Source: an uncultured Phycisphaerales bacterium
GTDB lineage: Bacteria; Planctomycetota; Phycisphaerae; Tepidisphaerales; Tepidisphaeraceae
NCBI GenBank assembly: GCA_963844715.1
Contig: CAWJPJ010000008.1
Location: 160,001 to 224,000 of the forward strand
DNA length: 64,000 nucleotides
Direction: 5' to 3'
Below, piece after piece: positions 10,167-21,870 of this stretch; position 1 is the stretch's first letter; every line of letters starts with the position of its first letter. Under the pieces are notes generated by a model that searched no databases, was not told the DNA's origin, and saw nothing but the letters and a program-made list of their open reading frames with translations. The translations under genes were made by a program, and so were the position numbers.

Positions 10167-11352
10167 TTACTTGGATTTGGCGCCGCCGGTCGGATTCGTC
10201 GGCGTGGGGAACGCCGGCGTCGGCATCTCCGGATGCACTTGCTGCGGATTCTGAAGCGGATTGCTGATCGGCCCCGGCGTCACGTAACTGTTATCCAGGC
10301 TCAAATTGAGCGTATCGGGAAGATCATTGGGGATCGACTGCATAACCGTGCCGCCCGTGCCGAAGTAAATCGTTCCAAAGGAGGCTCCGCCGCCCGCGGG
10401 ATAGAAGCTCACATGCGGATCGCCGGGATACAGCATGGGCAGATCCAGCACGAATTCCCCCGTGCCCCCGCCGACCATCGTTGTTTGGCTCGGCACGACG
10501 TTGGCCTGCCCGCTGGTTGAGCCGATCGCGGTGACGAAGGTCGACAGAATCGCCTGCGGGTGCGAACCCAGGGCATAGATCCCCTTGATCTGATACCAAT
10601 TCCCCGGCTGGAATGTCGAGGCGGTTCCCCGAACCTCGCGAACAATAATCTCATCTCCCGGGAGAAAGTTGCTCGCCCCGTTAGTGAACTGAACCAGGTT
10701 CGGGAAACTCGTCGTCGGCGGGCCCGCCGGGGAAGCCGAGGGCGCGGAACTCGGGAACGATTCAAAACTGAAGTTCGTATCGGCGGTACTGACCCCCAAT
10801 GCCACAGATTTGTCCGGCGGCCCGGAACTTGCGCTCACCGACGACGAGTCCCCGTCCGTGTCGGCATCGGCGCTCACCTGAAGCAGCGATCCCGTCGTTC
10901 CAAAAAATAATTGCCCGAATCCGACATTCCCCGAGGCGGTGGTAAAGCTGATAAATGGGTATCCGACAGCCTTGAATGGGAACGTCAAATCGAACTTCCC
11001 GATTCCCTTTTCGATGACCACGGATTGAGAAGGATCGGCGTCCGCGTCCGCGCCTCCCCGCCGCCCGCGAGTAGACCCCCGCGAACAGCCGCGCCACGTC
11101 ATGCGAGGAGAGGATGTAAGTTCCCTGCACTTCGTACGATTTTCCCGGCGAAACCGAATCCGCCGGCCCGCGCACGGAAGTCAGAATGATGGTATCCCCG
11201 GCCTCGAAATCAGATTTCCCGCGCTGAAATTGAATTTCCTGCTGCGAATCGGAAGGATGGGTCGCCGGGCCGTCGGCGGCAGAAAACGCGGGGATTGCCC
11301 ACCCGGTTAACCCCGCCACGACAAGAGCACTTAACCTCCGCATGGTAAACAT
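10167..11352 (-). CDS. Secreted protein with two copies of an unknown ~105-aa beta domain, frameshift near 11070
   Basis: Signal peptide MRRLSALVVAGLTGWAIPAFSA; internal duplication G.S.F..GD.I....VRG......PG..Y...G.Y.L.SH. Confidence 0.7.
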
Positions 11353-11425
11353 AACGCGTCTTTCGCTGAACCAAACCGCAGGCCCATGCCTTTGACAGCG
11401 CCGGGCCGGTTCTACATTCGCTTAA

Positions 11426-11977
11426 ATGCGGCTGGCCATGGGTTTGTCGATTATCGGGCTGGCGTTCGTGGGGGCGTGCACGCCGCCGCCCGAGCCGTCG
11501 CCCGCCGTCCAGGCAAGCCATCTCTTCGACGTAGTCTCCATGCAATTGGATACTTTTTCAAAGCTAAAAAATTGGGCCGGAGGAACTACGCCGAGCGGCG
11601 TCGAGGCGGTCGTGGAATTTGACGACGCCTTCGGCGATCGCACCAAAGCCGCCGGGAGCATTCTTTTCGAAATTTTCGACTACCGCCCCGGGTGGCCCGA
11701 CCCGCGCGGGCAGCGCATCGTCAATCCCTTCAGCGCTTCGCTGATCACCTTTGAAGAGCAAAAGGCGCATTGGGATCGCGCCAGCGGCGCGTATATCTTC
11801 CGCCTGGCGTGCGATCAATTGGCGTGGGATCGCAGTTACGTCCTCTCGGCGACGTACGAAGCCCCCGCCGGTTCCGGCGGCCCGGCGCGGCTTTTCTCGC
11901 AGATCGTGTTGCCCTCGCGGCAATCACGGGAGGGTTCCGGTGGGTCAAACTCCCCAGCCCCAGCAACCCAGCCCTGA
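11426..11977 (+). CDS. Lipoprotein of unknown function
   Basis: Lipobox FVGAC; DAFGDRTKAAG motif. Confidence 0.7.
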   Translation: MRLAMGLSIIGLAFVGACTPPPEPSPAVQASHLFDVVSMQLDTFSKLKNWAGGTTPSGVEAVVEFDDAFGDRTKAAGSILFEIFDYRPGWPDPRGQRIVNPFSASLITFEEQKAHWDRASGAYIFRLACDQLAWDRSYVLSATYEAPAGSGGPARLFSQIVLPSRQSREGSGGSNSPAPATQP

Positions 11978-13412
11978 CCTCTGGTCGCTTCCGCCTGTCG
12001 GAAGATTGCTCCAGCGCGCCCGCGCGGAACTCTCGGCGGACTTTTCGCCCGCCCGCCCCATTCGTGTCAGCCGCGCCCCCGGACGCCTCGATGTCATGGG
12101 CGGAATCGCCGATTACACCGGCTCGATGGTCTGCGAAATGCCCCTCGATCGCGCCGCCGCCGTCGCCCTCCAGCCTCGCGCGGATCGGCAGGTCCAGGTC
12201 TTCTCTTTCAATCTCTTTGACGAACATCAGCCCTTCACGCTGCGAATGCCCCTCGATTCCCTCCTCGGCCATCCAATCGAAAAGCTCCGCGAGGAATTCA
12301 ATCAACCCGGCCGGCGCTGGGCCGGATACCTGATCGGCTGCCTGCCCATTCTCCATTTGCACGGCGTCCTCGACCCAATAAAAGTTTCGGGAATGAATCT
12401 GGCGGTCCTCAGTACCGTCCCCCTCGGCGCGGGCGTGAGCAGCTCCGCCGCCATCGAAATCGCCGCCATGATGAACGTGCTGGATCACCTGAATCTCCGC
12501 GATCGAGTCAGCGCCCTCCAAGTCGCCAGCATGTGCCAGGAAGTCGAAAACAACGTGGTCGGCACGCCCTGCGGGATCATGGATCAGGTCAGCAGTTGCC
12601 TCGGCGAAGCCGGATCGCTTTTACGCATGGTCTGCCAGCCCCACGATCTTCTTCCCTCCCTGAAATTGCCCCTCGGAATCCGCGCCGTCGGCGTCAACAG
12701 CAAGGTGAAACACTCCGTCGGTGGCGGAATGTACGGCCAAACCCGCTGCGCCGCCTTCATGAGCCATCGCATCATCCTGGAAAAAATGCGCCAACTTGGC
12801 GCCGCCGCCGGCCGGGACCTCCAGGGCGATCCCATGCGGGGTTACCTCGCCAATCTCGACCCCGACGATTACAAAAAATTCTTCCGCCCCTATCTCCCCG
12901 AAGAAATGGTCGGCCAGGCTTTCCTTGATCAATACGGCTCAACCGTCGACACCGCCACGCGCGTCGAGCCGGGCGTAACCTATCATGTCCGCCAGGCGTG
13001 CGACCATCACGTTCTGGAAGCGCGCCGTGTGAGGAATTTCGTCCAGTACCTGGAAGCAGCCGCGGCACTGCCTTCCGACTCAAATCAGCGCAAGCGAGAA
13101 TTGGACAAAGCCGGGCATCTTATGTACGCCTCGCACTTGTCCTACACAAATGACGCGCTCCTGGGCGCGCCGGAGTGCGATATGCTCGTCGACATGGTCC
13201 GCGCCCGCGAGTCCGCCGGTCTCTACGGCGCAAAAATCACCGGCGGCGGCAGCGGCGGAACCGTCGCCATTCTCGCCGACGATTCACCCAAAGCCACCCA
13301 GGCCATTGAGGACATCATGTCAGACTACAAAACCCAAACCGGCCACGAACCCGAAGCCTATTTCGGAACCAGCCCCGGCGCCTGGATCGTGGGGACGGGT
13401 CTGCTCCCATGA
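11940..13412 (+). CDS. GHMP-family sugar kinase (galactokinase / L-arabinokinase-like)
   Basis: APGRLDVMGGIADYTG, VPLGAGVSSSAA, CGIMDQ, GAKITGGGSGG. Confidence 0.88.
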   Translation: MGQTPQPQQPSPDLWSLPPVGRLLQRARAELSADFSPARPIRVSRAPGRLDVMGGIADYTGSMVCEMPLDRAAAVALQPRADRQVQVFSFNLFDEHQPFTLRMPLDSLLGHPIEKLREEFNQPGRRWAGYLIGCLPILHLHGVLDPIKVSGMNLAVLSTVPLGAGVSSSAAIEIAAMMNVLDHLNLRDRVSALQVASMCQEVENNVVGTPCGIMDQVSSCLGEAGSLLRMVCQPHDLLPSLKLPLGIRAVGVNSKVKHSVGGGMYGQTRCAAFMSHRIILEKMRQLGAAAGRDLQGDPMRGYLANLDPDDYKKFFRPYLPEEMVGQAFLDQYGSTVDTATRVEPGVTYHVRQACDHHVLEARRVRNFVQYLEAAAALPSDSNQRKRELDKAGHLMYASHLSYTNDALLGAPECDMLVDMVRARESAGLYGAKITGGGSGGTVAILADDSPKATQAIEDIMSDYKTQTGHEPEAYFGTSPGAWIVGTGLLP

Positions 13413-14432
13413 TCCCCACCCCCGAAAAAATCGTCGACCGCCTCCGCGCCTTCCAGCGAACCGTGCGCGAAATGATCATCGCCTCGCGCCGCTTAGGCGG
13501 ATTGAGCGAAGTCAGCCGAATCAGCTCGGCGGACGTCATCTACAAAATCGACACCCAAGTCGAACCCATGCTCGTCGAGTTTTGCACCGAGTGGTCAAAA
13601 GAGTTGCCCCTGGTCCTGATCGCCGAGGGATTGGAGGACGCCGACGGGCGCGAGGTGGACAATCGCGTTTTCCCCGAGGGCATTCACGGGGAAGACGCCG
13701 CGATTCGCCTGCTCGTTGACCCGATCGACGGAACCCGCCCCATCATGTACGACAAGCGCTCCGCCTGGGCCCTGGCCGGCGTCGCCCCCAATAAAGGCGC
13801 CCATACCCGCTTGCGCGATATCGAAGTCGAGCGTCATGACGGAGTTGCCCACCAGCAAAATGGGCCACGCCGACGTCCTCTGGGCGATCAAGGGGCGCGG
13901 TCCCAGCGCCGTCCGCGTTGATCTGCACGATGGCAGCGACGAACCACTGAAGATCACCCCCTCCACCGCCGACGATATCAACCACGGATTCATCTCCGTG
14001 ACCGATTTCTTCCCCGGCACGAAGGTCCTTGCGGGCGAACTGGCCGAATACCTGGCCAGAAACCTCATCGGTCCCGCCGACGTCACCCGCGCCACCATTT
14101 ACGAGGATCAATACATCTCCACCGGCGGGCAATTCTACGAACTCATCGTCGGCCACGATCGCTTCAACGCCGATCTTCGCCCCTGGTTTTATTTGATTCA
14201 GAACCAGCCCGCCGGCTTGTGCTGCCATCCCTACGATTGCTCGACGTGGCTGATCGCCGAGGAGGCCGGCATTGTCATTACCGACGGCCTGGGCCGTCCC
14301 ATGGATGGCCCCCTGGATGTGACGACCGGCATCGCCTGGGCCGCCTTCGCGAATCGTGCCCTGCAAGAAAAAATGGAACCCATTCTCGACGGGTTTCTGA
14401 GAACCCGCCTCGAAGGCAAACTCAATATTTAA
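13409..14432 (+). CDS. Inositol-monophosphatase/FBPase-superfamily phosphatase, frameshift near 13830
   Basis: IAEG, VDPIDGT, HPYD..TWLIAEEAG..ITD. Confidence 0.85.
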
Positions 14433-15413
14433 ACCCGACCCCGCCCCCGCCCCAGAGCACGTTGGAAGCCGTAATCTGCTTGGAGAGTTTCCCGCTGTAG
14501 CTGATGAACCCGTTCAGATCGAACTCCCCGTATCGTCTGGGAATGTTCATCAGAGTATTGAGCGAATAGTTGGCGTAGAGTCCCCCCTCGACGTGTTGCC
14601 AGCCGGTGTCCTGCATGGTGTTGATGAAGATGAATTGCTGCTGAAGCCGCGAGATATAGGCCACGCAGGATTTGACCGTCAGGGTCAAACCCCAATCCTC
14701 GATGACGAAATCATGGCTCAGCCCCATTTCCACGTACCACCCCTTGCCGCTGTTGAAATCGTACGCCGCCATCGCGTAAGGCGAAAAGACCGGGCCGTTG
14801 GTATTGAAAAGCAAGGAATCGTCGATGGTGACCTTGGCGTACAATTCCGACGAGTCGAAGTTTTCCCGTTCGGGGTAGATGTACGCGTTATGCCCGATTT
14901 CCACCAGGAACGGCCGCAGGTCCCACGTCCCGCCCACCGACGGCCGGATTTCCTGAAATCGCGAAACGGGGTCCGCGTCATAAACGTTGGCAAAAACACC
15001 CACGAAGAGATGCGGATATTGCCCAAAATCGAAAGTTAGCCGCCCGTCGATCAGCAGGTTCAGCGAATTCCCGCTGGGGCTGACGTCGTCGTGATCCACG
15101 CCCCGGTAAACATAATCCGTGGCGTACAACGCGCTGAGATCGAATTCCACGTTCCCGTTGTTCCCCGGCACCTGCTGCGGCGAAACCGGAGGCGGGCCAT
15201 AAACGGTGTTGTCGTCGCTCGTATCGTCGAACAATTTCGGATTCAGGGCCGCAAGCGACGAATTTCCCGACGGGGCGAAATTTGCCGGCTCGGAAATCGG
15301 CGCGGCAGGTTGGCGCCGTCTCCGTCGGGAGATTTCCAGACGGAATCGTCCCCGCGCGCCGCGGCCGATAAGCACAGAACCACAATCGCCGTCCAACCCG
15401 CAAAATATCGCAT
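14422..15413 (-). CDS. Outer-membrane beta-barrel protein, frameshift near 15300
   Basis: Signal peptide MRYFAGWTAIVVLCLSAAARG in an alternative frame (ATG 15413); YATDYVYRG; amphipathic strands; C-terminal VGFKY beta-signal. Confidence 0.7.
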
Positions 15414-15490
15414 CGCCCAAAAATGTATCTGGCCCGCATGGAATTGTCACGGCGGAAGTGGCGGCCGACAAGCAAGCCGCCTTCGCTTCC

Positions 15491-15592
15491 TCCCTCTCCA
15501 TGTACTCAGGGAGAGGGCAGGGGCGAGGGTTCTTCCGGCGATTTGCCAGCACTTGTCCCACTGAAACCAGCGGACGACCGGAAGAGAGGGAC
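15491..15592. repeat. REP-like element, composite copy
   Basis: Left arm equals the 4304 arm; right arm (cccactgaaaccagcggacgaccggaagagaggg) is a degenerate reverse complement of the 1518 copy. Confidence 0.75.
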
Positions 15593-15638
15593 AAAAAATC
15601 GGCGCGAGAGCCCACGAACATCCCGGCCACGTGAAAAA

Positions 15639-16058
15639 TTAAAACAACCCCAAATCCAGCATCGCCGCTTCGCTCATGCGGGATTTATCCCACGGCGGGT
15701 CCCAGACCAGCTCAATCTCCGCGCCGGCGACTTCCGGAATCGACTCGATCTTCTGCTCCACCGTCCCCGGCAGCGATCCCGCCACCGGGCACGCCGGCGA
15801 TGTCAGCGTCATCCGCACCTTCACGTGATTTTGCGCATCGATGTCGATCCGGTAGATCAGACCCAGATCGTAAATATTCACGGGGATCTCCGGATCAAAA
15901 ACCGTCCTCAGCACCTCGACGACCGTCGCCTCCAGCGCCCGTTGCGCAGGCGTCAGATCGCCCGGCGATTCATGCATCGGATGCCCCATCGCCACCGGCG
16001 GCTTCACCGCCGCCGGTTCCGCTTTCAACTGCTCATACCGCCCAATATTCGGCAGCAC
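15639..16058 (-). CDS. sufT: SufT / DUF59 Fe-S assembly protein, possibly fused to SufE
   Basis: DPEIPVNIYDLGLIY, TLTSPACP, LVWDPPW. Confidence 0.9.
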   Translation of the reverse strand: MLPNIGRYEQLKAEPAAVKPPVAMGHPMHESPGDLTPAQRALEATVVEVLRTVFDPEIPVNIYDLGLIYRIDIDAQNHVKVRMTLTSPACPVAGSLPGTVEQKIESIPEVAGAEIELVWDPPWDKSRMSEAAMLDLGLF

Positions 16059-16530
16059 CGGCAGCGCCGCCGCCGGCTCGGCCGATTTTTGCCTTCTCCG
16101 CCTCGCCCCGAATCCGCTGAATCATGCTCGCCAGCCCAATGCGCCGGCCCATGATCAAATTCTGATCCAGCCCCAATCGCTTCAAAAAAGCCTCGGTATC
16201 GAAATCCAAAATGGCCCGTGCCGATTGCCCGCTGAACAGCTTCTGCAAGATCGCCAGAAGCCCCCGGACGATATCCGCGTCGCTCGATGCGAGAAATTCG
16301 ATCGAATCAGCCGACCCAGGAACGCGCCGCGAATACAGATGAACCAGGCTCATGCACCCGTGCACGCGCGTCGCCTCGGTTTTCAATTCCGCCGGCATCG
16401 GCGGAAGCTTCTGCCCCATCTCGATAATGAAGGCATAGCGATCATTCCAATCCCCCAGAAAGTCGAACGTCTCGATCAACTCATCCGCCACCGCGCGCGC
16501 AGACGCGCCCGCCGCCGGCGGAAATTGCAA
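16033..16530 (-). CDS. sufE: SufE sulfur-acceptor domain, probably the C-terminal part of SufS
   Basis: DWNDRY..IIEMG, RVHGCMS (acceptor Cys), SDADIVRGL. Confidence 0.88.
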   Translation of the reverse strand: MQFPPAAGASARAVADELIETFDFLGDWNDRYAFIIEMGQKLPPMPAELKTEATRVHGCMSLVHLYSRRVPGSADSIEFLASSDADIVRGLLAILQKLFSGQSARAILDFDTEAFLKRLGLDQNLIMGRRIGLASMIQRIRGEAEKAKIGRAGGGAAGAAEYWAV

Positions 16531-17821
16531 TGGTCCGACAATCGGCGCGCAGGAGTAGGAGCCGTTCGCGGCGCCGAAGAAACAATCCTCGCAAGCTGAG
16601 CCGCGACGAAGTCGACTTCCTCCTCCGTGTTATAAACCGCCATCGAAATCCGCGCCGTCGACGCGATTCCCAGCCGATCCATCACCGGCTGGCAGCAATG
16701 ATGCCCGGTGCGAATCGCAATCCCCTCCGCATCAAGCTTCATGCCGACATCCAGGGTCGAAATCGGCGGATTATCCACGACGAACGACACCACGCCCGCT
16801 TTTTCCGGCGCGGTGCCGATGACCCGTACGCCAGGAATTTTCCCCAGCGCACCCGTCGCCCGCCGAAGCAGCGATTCCTCATGCGCCGCGATTTTTTCCA
16901 GTCCGATGGATTGCACAAATTCGATAGCCGCCCCCAGCCCGATCACCCCCGCGATATGCGGCGTCCCCGCCTCAAATTTATGCGGCAAAACATTGTAAGT
17001 CGTCTTGGCAAACGAAACAGAGCTGATCATGTCCCCGCCGCCCTGATACGGCGGCATCGATTCCAGAATCTTCGCCTTCCCATAAAGCACGCCAATCCCC
17101 GTCGGGCCGTAAAGCTTGTGCCCCGAGAGGGCGTAGAAATCCACATCCAGATCGCGCACGTCGAGCGGCGCATGCGCCACCCACTGCGCCCGTCCACCAT
17201 CACGACTGCCCCGCGCCCATGCGCCTTTGCGATAATCTCCTTGACCGGGTTCACCGTCCCCAATGAATTGGAAAGATGCACGATGGAGACGATCTTCGTC
17301 CGGTCGCTCAGCAGCCGGTCGAATTCCTCCATCCGCAGCCGCCCGGAGTCATCAATCGGGATGACGCGAATGACCGCCTCCGTCTGCTCCGCGATCATCT
17401 GCCAGGGCACGATGTTCGAGTGATGCTCCATCGCCGAGAGAATGATCTCATCACCCGCGGTGAGAAATTTCCGCCCCCACGTCGCGGCCACAAGATTGAT
17501 CGACTCCGTCGCCCCGCGCGTAAAAATGATCTCCCGCGATTCCCCGGCGTTGATGAATTTGGCGATTTTTTCGCGCACCTGCTCGTAAGCCGACGTCGCC
17601 GCCTGGCTCAGCGAATGCACCCCGCGATGAATGTTCGCGTTTTCCTGCGAGTAGTAGCGATCAAGAGCGTCGATGACGACTTGCGGCTTCTGCGTCGTCG
17701 CGGCGTTGTCGAAGTAAACCAGCGGCTTGCCGTGAACCTGCCGCTTCAGGATCGGGAATTGCGCGCGGATCGCCTGAACGTCCAGATCGACTTCAGAAGC
17801 TGTTTCACCGGGCTTTTTCAT
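16476..17821 (-). CDS. sufS: SufS cysteine desulfurase, frameshift near 17190
   Basis: [48 protein letters not shown]. Confidence 0.95.
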
Positions 17822-19145
17822 CGTGCTGGCCCAGGTCGGTGATGCGCAAATCGCGCGGCAAGCCGTGCTGAGCGGCCAGGAAATCTTCCAATCGCCGCCG
17901 CACCGGCTCAACCTTGATGCGCCGGGTCACATCCGCGGCAAACGCGTAAGTCAGCAGATGCCGCGCCGCTTCCAATCCCACCCCGCGCGAACGCAAGTAG
18001 AAAACCATTTCCTCATCCACCGGCCCCGTCGTGCTGCCGTGCGTGCATTTCACGTCGTCGGCGTATATCTCCAGCGCCGGCTGGCTGTTCATCGTCGCCT
18101 CGTCGCTCAACAGCAGCGATTTGCTCGTCTGCTTCGAATCCGTCTTCTGCGAATCCGGCCGAACCAGAATCTGCCCCTTGAAAACGCACGACGATTTCCC
18201 GTTCAGCACATGCTTATAAAGCTCATGGCTCGGGCAATTCGGCGCGGCGTGGTCCAGAAGCGTGTGATTGTCGCAATGCTGCTGATTCGTCAGGATCGCC
18301 AGGCCGTTGATCGTCGCGTCCGCTCCGTTGCCGGCCAGAGTGACATTCAAATCGTTCCGCGTCAGTTTCCCGCCCAATGTCGCGGCGTGTGAAACCATCC
18401 GGCTGTTCCGCCCCAAGGTCGCCGCCAGCATGCTCACCAGCAGTTCCGAGTCCGCCCCAAGCTGAATCCGGTTGTAATCAATGCGCGAGTCGTTGGCGAT
18501 CGAAAGCTCGGTCACCGCGTTGGTCAATGTCGTCCCCGCCCGCCCCGAAGAGACAAAGCTCTCCACCAGCGAAAGCTCCGTGTTTTCGTCGGCCACCACA
18601 AGCAATCGCGGATGGCAAATCGTCGCTTCCTTCTCCGCATCCGAAACGAAAATCACGTGAATCGGGCATTCCAGCGTCAACCCCCGGCTGACATGAATCG
18701 CCGCGATGTCCTGAAACGAGCCGGTATTCTGCGCCACGAACGGCGTCAGCTCGATCCCCGCATGCCGCGAAAGATGATTCTGCACAAACGCCTCGTCCAG
18801 CATTCCCGAAGAGAGCGCGGCGATCGTAATCCCCGGCGGCAATTTGCCCGGATGGGACAACTTCGGCGCATAATGACCGTTGACGAAAACCAGTTCCGCC
18901 GAGCAGCGCGGCCCGAAAGCCGCCCCCTGCGCCGCGCGGGCCGCGGCTTCGGAAATATTCGCCGACCCTGCATGAAATTTCGTCCGCGTGATCGGCGTGA
19001 GATTCGTAAACCGCCACGCTTCCTCGTCCGCCGCGGGATATCCCACGGAAAGAAATCGATCGGTCGCCGCCTGGCGCACCGGCTCCAGCCAAGCGGGAGC
19101 CGCAAGGGAAATTCCTGGAGATTTTTTCTCGATCAATTGCGACAT
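17805..19145 (-). CDS. sufD: Fe-S assembly protein SufD
   Basis: [30 protein letters not shown]. Confidence 0.95.
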   Translation of the reverse strand: MSQLIEKKSPGISLAAPAWLEPVRQAATDRFLSVGYPAADEEAWRFTNLTPITRTKFHAGSANISEAAARAAQGAAFGPRCSAELVFVNGHYAPKLSHPGKLPPGITIAALSSGMLDEAFVQNHLSRHAGIELTPFVAQNTGSFQDIAAIHVSRGLTLECPIHVIFVSDAEKEATICHPRLLVVADENTELSLVESFVSSGRAGTTLTNAVTELSIANDSRIDYNRIQLGADSELLVSMLAATLGRNSRMVSHAATLGGKLTRNDLNVTLAGNGADATINGLAILTNQQHCDNHTLLDHAAPNCPSHELYKHVLNGKSSCVFKGQILVRPDSQKTDSKQTSKSLLLSDEATMNSQPALEIYADDVKCTHGSTTGPVDEEMVFYLRSRGVGLEAARHLLTYAFAADVTRRIKVEPVRRRLEDFLAAQHGLPRDLRITDLGQHDEKAR

Positions 19146-19146
19146 A

Positions 19147-19911
19147 TCAAGCGGCTTCATTGTCCAGCCAATCATATCCGCGCGCTTCAAGCTCCAGCGC
19201 CAGGCTCTTATCGCCCGATTTCACTATTTTTCCGTCCAGCATCACGTGCACCCGGTCCGGCTCGATGTAATTCAGCAGCCGCTGGTAGTGCGTCACCACC
19301 AGAATCGCCCGATCGGCCCGGCGAAGACTGTTCGCCCCGTGCGAGACCACCTTCAGCGCGTCGATGTCCAACCCCGAATCCGTCTCGTCCATCAGCGCCA
19401 GTCGCGGATCGCACACCGCCATCTGGAAAATCTCGTTTCGTTTCTTCTCCCCGCCCGAAAATCCCTCGTTCACGGCCCGATTCATGAAGCTCTGGTCCAT
19501 CTTCAAGAGCGCCATCTTTTCCTTGACGAGCTTGAGGAATTCAACCGTGTCGATCTCCGGCTGGCCATGGTGTTTACGCACGGCGTTGACGGCCGTCTTA
19601 AGGAAGTAGCTCGTGCTCACGCCGGGAATTTCCACCGGATATTGAAACGCCAGGAAAACGCCCTCGCGGGCCCGCTCCTCCGCGGAAAGTTCAAGCAGAT
19701 TTTTCCCGTCGTATCGCACCGACCCGGCCGTCACTTCGTACGTCTCGCGCCCCGCCAGCACCTGCACCAGCGTGCTCTTGCCCGAACCGTTCTTCCCCAT
19801 GATCGCGTGAACTTCCCCCGCGTCGATCACGAGATTGACGCCCTTGAGGATTTCCCGCCCGCCGGGGGCGGCCACGCGGGCGTGCAAATTTTCAATTTCT
19901 AAAAAAGGCAT
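19147..19911 (-). CDS. sufC: Fe-S assembly ATPase SufC
   Basis: GKNGSGKST, FQYPVEIPGV, FSGGEKKRNE, DETDSGLD. Confidence 0.97.
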   Translation of the reverse strand: MPFLEIENLHARVAAPGGREILKGVNLVIDAGEVHAIMGKNGSGKSTLVQVLAGRETYEVTAGSVRYDGKNLLELSAEERAREGVFLAFQYPVEIPGVSTSYFLKTAVNAVRKHHGQPEIDTVEFLKLVKEKMALLKMDQSFMNRAVNEGFSGGEKKRNEIFQMAVCDPRLALMDETDSGLDIDALKVVSHGANSLRRADRAILVVTHYQRLLNYIEPDRVHVMLDGKIVKSGDKSLALELEARGYDWLDNEAA

Positions 19912-19966
19912 TCGATCTCCAAAATATTTCCGGCAAGGACGCGGCGCTTCGCGCCGCCGCTCGTTT

Positions 19967-21420
19967 TCAGCCCACGCTTCCTTCCAGGCTCACGCCCAGA
20001 AGTTTTTGCGCTTCCACCGCGAATTCCATCGGAAGTTCCCTGAAAACCTCCTTGCAGAATCCGCTCACGATCATGCTGATCGAGTCTTCCAGGCTGATCC
20101 CACGCGTCTTGCAATAAAAAAGCTGATCCTCGCCGATCTTGCTCGTGCTCGCTTCATGCTCGGCCCGGCTCGTCGTGTTGCGCACTTCAATGTAAGGCTG
20201 CGTATGCGCCCGCACTTATCACCCAACAGCAGGGAATCGCACTGCGTGTAATTCCGGCTGTTCGACGCCCCTTTCATGATCTTCACCAGGCCGCGATACG
20301 TGTTCTGTCCATGTCCCGCGCTGATCCCTTTCGAGACGATCGTGCTGCGCGTGTTCTTCCCGATGTGGATCATCTTGGTTCCGGTGTCGGCCTGCTGGCG
20401 GTTGTTGGTCAGCGCCACGCTGTAAAACTCCCCGATGCTGTCGTCTCCCTGGAGAATGCAGCTCGGATATTTCCAAGTGATGGCCGACCCAGTCTCCACC
20501 TGCGTCCAGGAAATCTTGCTTCCTCTTCCCCGGCAAGCCCCGCGCTTGGTGACGAAATTGTAAATCCCGCCGCGACCCTCGCGGTCCCCCGGATACCAGT
20601 TCTGCACCGTGCTGTACTTGATGCTCGCGTTCTCCATCGCCACCAGTTCCACGACCGCCGCATGCAACTGGTTTTCATCCCGCATCGGCGCGGTGCATCC
20701 TTCCAGATAACTCACGGATGCCCCGTCCTCGGCAACGATCAGCGTTCGCTCAAACTGCCCCGTCCCGCGCGCGTTGATCCGGAAATAGGTGCTCAATTCC
20801 ATCGGGCATTTCACGCCCTTGGGGATGAAGCAGAAACTCCCATCCGTGAAAACCGCGCTGTTCAGCGTCGCGAAATAATTGTCCGAATAGGGAACCACCG
20901 ACCCCATGTACTTCTGCACCAGCTCCGGATGTTCCTGCACGGCTTCCCCGAAGGAACAGAAGATGATCCCCTTCTCCGCAAGCGTCTTCTTGAACGTCGT
21001 GGTCACGGAAACCGAGTCGAACACCGCATCGACCGCCACGGCCGGCTGCTCCACCCCCAAAAGCGCCGCCTGCTCCTGCACCGGCACCCCAAGCTTCTTG
21101 TAGATCGCCAAAAGCTCCGGATCGACTTCATCCATGCTCTTCTTTTTGGGCTTCGGTGCGGAGAAGTAGATCGTCTTCTGATAGTCGATCGGGGCGTATT
21201 TCACTTTCGCCCAGCGCGGCTCCTTCATGGTCAGCCAGTGCCGGTACGCGCGCAGACGCCAGTCCAGCATCCACTGCGGCTCGCGCTTTTTGTGCGAGAT
21301 GAAGCGCACGATCTCCTCATTCAGCCCCGGCGGGGCGGAATCGGCCTCGATATCGCTAATGAATCCCCACTTGTATTCACGATTCGCAAGGGATTCGATT
21401 TCGGTTTCAGCCGTAGGCAT
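19967..21420 (-). CDS. sufB: Fe-S assembly scaffold SufB, one G missing near 20210
   Basis: [41 protein letters not shown]. Confidence 0.97.
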
Positions 21421-21508
21421 AAGTAACTCATATCAATAGTTGAGACTAAGTCTCAACTATCTTACATCGACGCCCCCGCTCCCGGCAATAACAAAAGCCC
21501 GGTTTTCT

Positions 21509-21844
21509 TTAAGCGTTGAAGCTGCTTCCGCAGCCGCAAGTGCTTGTGGCGTTTGGATTTTTGAACACGAAACCGCGCCCCATCACCTCGTCCCGGAAGT
21601 CGATTTCCGTGCCGTTGAGATAGAGATAGGACCGCGTATCGCAAAGAATCTGCACGCCGTTGGATTCCATTTCCTCATCCCCCTCGGCTTTGGGTTCCTC
21701 GGTGAGGTCCAGCATATAGCTGAACCCGCTGCACCCGCCCCCTTTGACGCCAACCCGAAGACGGGTCGCCTCAGCCGGTAGCGACTGCTGCTGGATGATG
21801 TTCTTGATCTCCCGCGCGGCGGTCTCTGAAAGTGTGATAGGCAT
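21509..21844 (-). CDS. iscA: A-type Fe-S carrier (IscA/SufA/HesB family)
   Basis: GGGCSGFSY and TCGCGSSF. Confidence 0.92.
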   Translation of the reverse strand: MPITLSETAAREIKNIIQQQSLPAEATRLRVGVKGGGCSGFSYMLDLTEEPKAEGDEEMESNGVQILCDTRSYLYLNGTEIDFRDEVMGRGFVFKNPNATSTCGCGSSFNA

Positions 21845-21870
21845 ACGAAACTCCTTTGAAATCAAATGTT

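Noticed and set aside
15414..15630. N-terminal extension of ORF 14422-15630, and similar REP-spanning ORFs at 4172-4432 and 28012-28134
   Set aside because: They translate REP DNA (PSPCTQGEG-type peptides); the real signal peptide starts at 15413
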